Source of the DNA: a virus
Length of the DNA: 64,000 nt
Direction: 5' to 3' (one strand)
IMG/VR virus record: IMGVR_UViG_3300044971_004534
Position 1 is the first letter of the stretch; each line of letters begins with the position of its first letter. Below, one piece after another: positions 60,180-64,000 of this stretch. Under the pieces are notes generated by a model, which had not been told where the DNA came from, did no database searches, and saw nothing but the letters and a program-made list of their open reading frames with translations. A program made the translations under genes and the position numbers.

Positions 60180-62729
60180 ATGACCAAAATTGCACCAACT
60201 GTCTCAGAGACAGACATTGTAAGCGTTGTTAGTGAAATTAAGCAGGTAGTTTATACCTATGATGAGGCTATAGAAGCTAGCTCTAAATATTTTAATGGAG
60301 ATGAGCTTGCTGCTAAAGTGTTTGTAGACAAGTATGCCTTAAGAAATCAGAATCAGCAGATCGTTGAAAAAGATCCTGATGACATGCACAGAAGAATTGC
60401 AAGAGAATTCGCAAGAATAGAAAAAAGCAAATTCAAGAATCCGCTAACTGAAGATTTTATATATGAAACTTTAAAGAACTTTAGTAGAATTGTTGCTCAG
60501 GGGTCTCCAATGTATGGCATTGGCAATAAGCATCAATTTATATCTTTGAGCAACTGCTATGTTGTTGCCTCTCCCTTGGATGCTTACGGTTCAATCATGG
60601 AGGCTGATGAAAACTTAGTCCAAATTAGTAAGCGTCGCGGTGGTGTAGGAATTGACATATCTCATCTAAGACCTGCTGGAGCTCCAACAAAGAATGCAGC
60701 AAGAACAAGCACTGGCGTTGTCTCATTTGCAGAGCGTTATTCTAACTCTATTAGAGAAGTTGGGCAAGCAGGCCGTCGTGGTGCTCTCATGATTACTCTT
60801 GACGTGCACCATCCAGACATCTTAGAGTTCGCAAAGGTTAAAAGAGATTTATCAAAAGTAACTGGAGCAAATATATCTATTCGTCTCACAGATGAGTTTT
60901 TAAAGGCTGTTGACGCAGATCAAGATTATGAACAGCGTTGGCCAGTTGATTCAAAAAATCCATCTATTTCAAAGAAAATTAATGCAAGATCTGTTTGGCA
61001 GGTAATTGTTGAAAATGCCCATCACATGGCTGAGCCTGGACTGCTTTTTTGGGACAACATAATTAATGAAAGTCCAGCAGACTGCTATGCGGAGCTTGGG
61101 TTTAAGACTATAAGTACAAATCCATGTTCTGAGATTCCACTATCGGCTTTTGATAGTTGCAGACTTATGTTATTAAATGCATTTGGCTATGTTGAGAAGC
61201 CATTTACAAAACAAGCTACATTTAACTTTGATAAATTCAATGCTGATGCCGAAGTTTGTCAAAGACTAATGGATGATTTGGTAGACTTAGAAGTCGAGTG
61301 CATTGAAAGAATTCTTTCTAAGATCACAAGTGATCCCGAGAATAGCGAAGTTAAGGCAAGAGAAGTTAAGCTGTGGAATAATATTAAAATTGCTGCTATT
61401 AATGGTCGCAGAACCGGTACAGGAGCGACTGCTATTGGAGATGCTCTAGCAGCACTGGGGCTTGCTTACACAAGTGAAAAAGGCATAGAAATGACAGAAA
61501 AGATTTACAAAAATCTTAAGCTTTCTGCCTATAGAAGCAGTGTAAATATGGCAAAAGAAATTGGAGCATTCCCAATATGGAATCCTGATCTTGAAAAGAA
61601 CAATCCATTCTTGAATAGAATTAAAGATGAAGATCCAAAGCTTTATCAAGATATGCAAAAGTATGGTCGTAGAAATATTGCGTTACTAACTACTGCGCCA
61701 GCAGGATCAGTTTCCATACTAACCCAAACATCAAGCGGGATAGAGCCTCAATTTATGATTGAACCCTATGTCCGTCGCAAGAAGGGCAATCCTGGAGATA
61801 GTGGTTTTAGAAGTGACTTTGTAGATCAAAATGGTGATCACTGGATGGAATTTAAAGTTTATCCACCAAAGGTTAAAATGTGGATGGAAGTCACTGGAGA
61901 AAGCGATCTAAACAAGAGTCCATGGAAGGGCTCAACTGCTCCTGAACTTGACTGGAGAAAGCGCGTATATCTCCAATCTGCAGCGCAGAAGCATCTTGAC
62001 CACGCCATATCAAGTACACTGAACCTTCCAAATGATGTGTCTGTAGAGTCAGTGGATGAAATCTACAGAACTGCATGGAAGAGCGGATGTAAGGGCATTA
62101 CAATCTATCGTGACGGTTGCAGAACGGGTGTTCTTGTGGCAGAAACAAAGAAGAAAGACAATAATGATGAGATCGTTATCACAAAAGCACCAAAGCGACC
62201 AGAAACACTGGAGTGTGATGTTCATCACTGCTCTGTCAAGAATAGTCCATATTTCGTGATCGTAGGTAAACTAAAAGGGAAACCATATGAAGTTTTTGCA
62301 AGTATGAATCATATTTCTGAAAATGAAGATGATATGCTTATTACCAAGAATTTCAATGATGGAACTTTGACAAAAGAAGCCAGAGGGCACTATCGTGCAG
62401 ATCTACAGGATAAGCACGGCAATAAGATGACAATAAAGAAAATTGGAGATAAGCTCTCTGAAGAAGAAGCTGGTCTTACCAGAATGATATCAACTGCGCT
62501 AAGGCATGGAGCTGATGTTCAATTTATTGTTCATCAATTAGAAAAGGTTGAGGGATCTATGCATGGGTTTTCAAAGAGTGTATCTCGTGCTTTGAAAAAA
62601 TATATTGCAGATGGTACAGAAGTTTCTGGTGAAACATGTGGAAATTGCAAGACTCAGGAAAAAGCAGCGCTCGTAAGGCAAGAAGGCTGCATAACCTGCA
62701 AGTCTTGTGGATGGTCAAAGTGCGGATAA
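60180..62729 (+). CDS. nrdJ: class II (adenosylcobalamin-dependent) ribonucleotide reductase
   Basis: AAGGAGA SD; ...TNPCSEIPL... active-site loop; C-terminal CGNCK...CITCKSCGWSKCG. Confidence 0.9.
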   Translation: MTKIAPTVSETDIVSVVSEIKQVVYTYDEAIEASSKYFNGDELAAKVFVDKYALRNQNQQIVEKDPDDMHRRIAREFARIEKSKFKNPLTEDFIYETLKNFSRIVAQGSPMYGIGNKHQFISLSNCYVVASPLDAYGSIMEADENLVQISKRRGGVGIDISHLRPAGAPTKNAARTSTGVVSFAERYSNSIREVGQAGRRGALMITLDVHHPDILEFAKVKRDLSKVTGANISIRLTDEFLKAVDADQDYEQRWPVDSKNPSISKKINARSVWQVIVENAHHMAEPGLLFWDNIINESPADCYAELGFKTISTNPCSEIPLSAFDSCRLMLLNAFGYVEKPFTKQATFNFDKFNADAEVCQRLMDDLVDLEVECIERILSKITSDPENSEVKAREVKLWNNIKIAAINGRRTGTGATAIGDALAALGLAYTSEKGIEMTEKIYKNLKLSAYRSSVNMAKEIGAFPIWNPDLEKNNPFLNRIKDEDPKLYQDMQKYGRRNIALLTTAPAGSVSILTQTSSGIEPQFMIEPYVRRKKGNPGDSGFRSDFVDQNGDHWMEFKVYPPKVKMWMEVTGESDLNKSPWKGSTAPELDWRKRVYLQSAAQKHLDHAISSTLNLPNDVSVESVDEIYRTAWKSGCKGITIYRDGCRTGVLVAETKKKDNNDEIVITKAPKRPETLECDVHHCSVKNSPYFVIVGKLKGKPYEVFASMNHISENEDDMLITKNFNDGTLTKEARGHYRADLQDKHGNKMTIKKIGDKLSEEEAGLTRMISTALRHGADVQFIVHQLEKVEGSMHGFSKSVSRALKKYIADGTEVSGETCGNCKTQEKAALVRQEGCITCKSCGWSKCG

Positions 62730-62741
62730 GAAAGGAACAAT

Positions 62742-63215
62742 ATGGAAATAAAGTTTCAAACACTTAATAGCGATGCTAGGTCATTAAAAAAAGCAAACCA
62801 CAATGATTCTGGATGGGATCTTACTGCATCTTCTGAGCCTGTATTTGAAATTAGGACAATAGCAGGCAAGGACTATGTTGTAAATGTTATATACGATACT
62901 GGTGTAAGAGTGGAGTTTCCAGAAGGATACTGCGGCTTTGTATATCCAAGATCTAGCATTAAAAAATATGACTTATTTTTATCAAATTCAGTCGGTGTTA
63001 TAGATGAGGGATATAGAGGTTCAATTCAGGTTGCATTTAGACCTGTTGTAACAACTGAGGCAAAAGACGTAAACTCATTGAATCTTTATAAGAAAGGTGA
63101 TAGAATCGCTCAGCTCGTAATTACTAGAAGAGAAGATGTCCAAATGGTAGATGGTATTGTGGATACAAATACCGTCAGATCTACAGGAGGATTTGGATCT
63201 TCTGGAATTACATGA
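62742..63215 (+). CDS. dut: dUTP diphosphatase
   Basis: NDSGWDL, GVIDEGYRGSIQV and C-terminal RSTGGFGSSG. Confidence 0.9.
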   Translation: MEIKFQTLNSDARSLKKANHNDSGWDLTASSEPVFEIRTIAGKDYVVNVIYDTGVRVEFPEGYCGFVYPRSSIKKYDLFLSNSVGVIDEGYRGSIQVAFRPVVTTEAKDVNSLNLYKKGDRIAQLVITRREDVQMVDGIVDTNTVRSTGGFGSSGIT

Positions 63216-64000
63216 GTTTAAAATCCAACAACATAATTTATGTGTACAATTCTGGCGATGAAGACAGTGTAAAACTGGCTGAAGAGTTTGCCTATATGAG
63301 ACAAGTACCGACCTCCAACATGTTGGGGGTCGATACTTTTACTACAAGTATACTTGAAAGTAGAGCGCAATTTGTAGATCAAATATTAAATCCACTTAAA
63401 GAAAAAATCGAATCACTTGGTGGCTTTGGCGAATTGGTTCAAGGCTGTGTTTTAGGGTATAGAATACCTGCGGGTTATAATTCAGAATATGGAGTTATAT
63501 CATCATGTTCTGCAGTATCTGCGATGTTTTTGTCTGATGGTGTTCCAATTTATAATCCAGCTTATAGACAGAACACAAAAACATCTAAAATGTATGATTT
63601 TAAAGTATTTCCAACTTGTCAGCAAGATATGCCAAACTTCAATCTAATGAAGAAAAAAATATCAGATTTTGCTCTTTTCAGAAATGGCATTACAGTAGAT
63701 GGGTCTTTCTATTTTGACAGATGGAGTTTAAAGGAAGATTTTGCATATGATGTATATGCTGCTGAATTACAAGATTTTGAAGAAAAGTTTATATCTAAAT
63801 ATGTTTCAAAATACTTTGTTACTTCAGAGCCAATAGATGACTTGAGGAGTGATTTTGGATTTGCCAATAATGATTCTTTCTTTTGGTCTGCAGGTTTGCA
63901 AAATTTAACGCAAAGCTATTTTAGAAACAACAACAGAGCAAATAGAGTTTTCTTTTTTAATGCAGATGAAGATTCTTTTGTAAGTTTTAGATCTAATAAT
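63212..64000 (+). CDS. hypothetical protein, 3'-truncated by the window edge
   Basis: ATGA overlap with dut; I read frame 2 open to position 64000 by hand (not in the track because it has no stop). Confidence 0.5.
   Translation, partial: MSLKSNNIIYVYNSGDEDSVKLAEEFAYMRQVPTSNMLGVDTFTTSILESRAQFVDQILNPLKEKIESLGGFGELVQGCVLGYRIPAGYNSEYGVISSCSAVSAMFLSDGVPIYNPAYRQNTKTSKMYDFKVFPTCQQDMPNFNLMKKKISDFALFRNGITVDGSFYFDRWSLKEDFAYDVYAAELQDFEEKFISKYVSKYFVTSEPIDDLRSDFGFANNDSFFWSAGLQNLTQSYFRNNNRANRVFFFNADEDSFVSFRSNN

Overview
The window looks like tailed-phage DNA from a Gram-negative host, and it is strongly mosaic in composition. (1) 1-15061 is GC-rich and holds about 40 very small co-directional (+) genes. 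Tentatively recognised families are DUF932, DUF4259, DUF3846, DUF6011-like, Api92/DUF1281-like and a DEDD 3'-5' exonuclease. This array is punctuated by 27 same-strand copies of an intergenic motif (GCCTCGTTTTCCCCC type) that sit at quantised distances from start codons, 21 nt in 11 cases. (2) 15062-15493 is the largest non-coding gap; it carries iterons and lies exactly at the compositional break. (3) 15494-18437 is an intermediate-GC block. (4) 18.6-64 kb is AT-rich phage DNA. It encodes ThyX, a class II RNR, dUTPase, a sigma factor, an HNH endonuclease, an SNF2 helicase, Fe/Mn SOD, UDP-galactopyranose mutase with glycosyltransferase-like genes, a LysM muramidase-like protein, an S8 subtilase with dockerin-like repeats, two PEP-CTERM proteins, an OMP-like beta-barrel and two tandem giant paralogues. 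At least 18 proteins in parts 3-4 share a short N-terminal peptide module ('MNWYKxAQ' or 'MQYKLSKxEWxxIGxxAGWxK'). No tRNA, rRNA, CRISPR array, integrase or transposase was seen. All family names come from motif recognition by eye; no searches were run.
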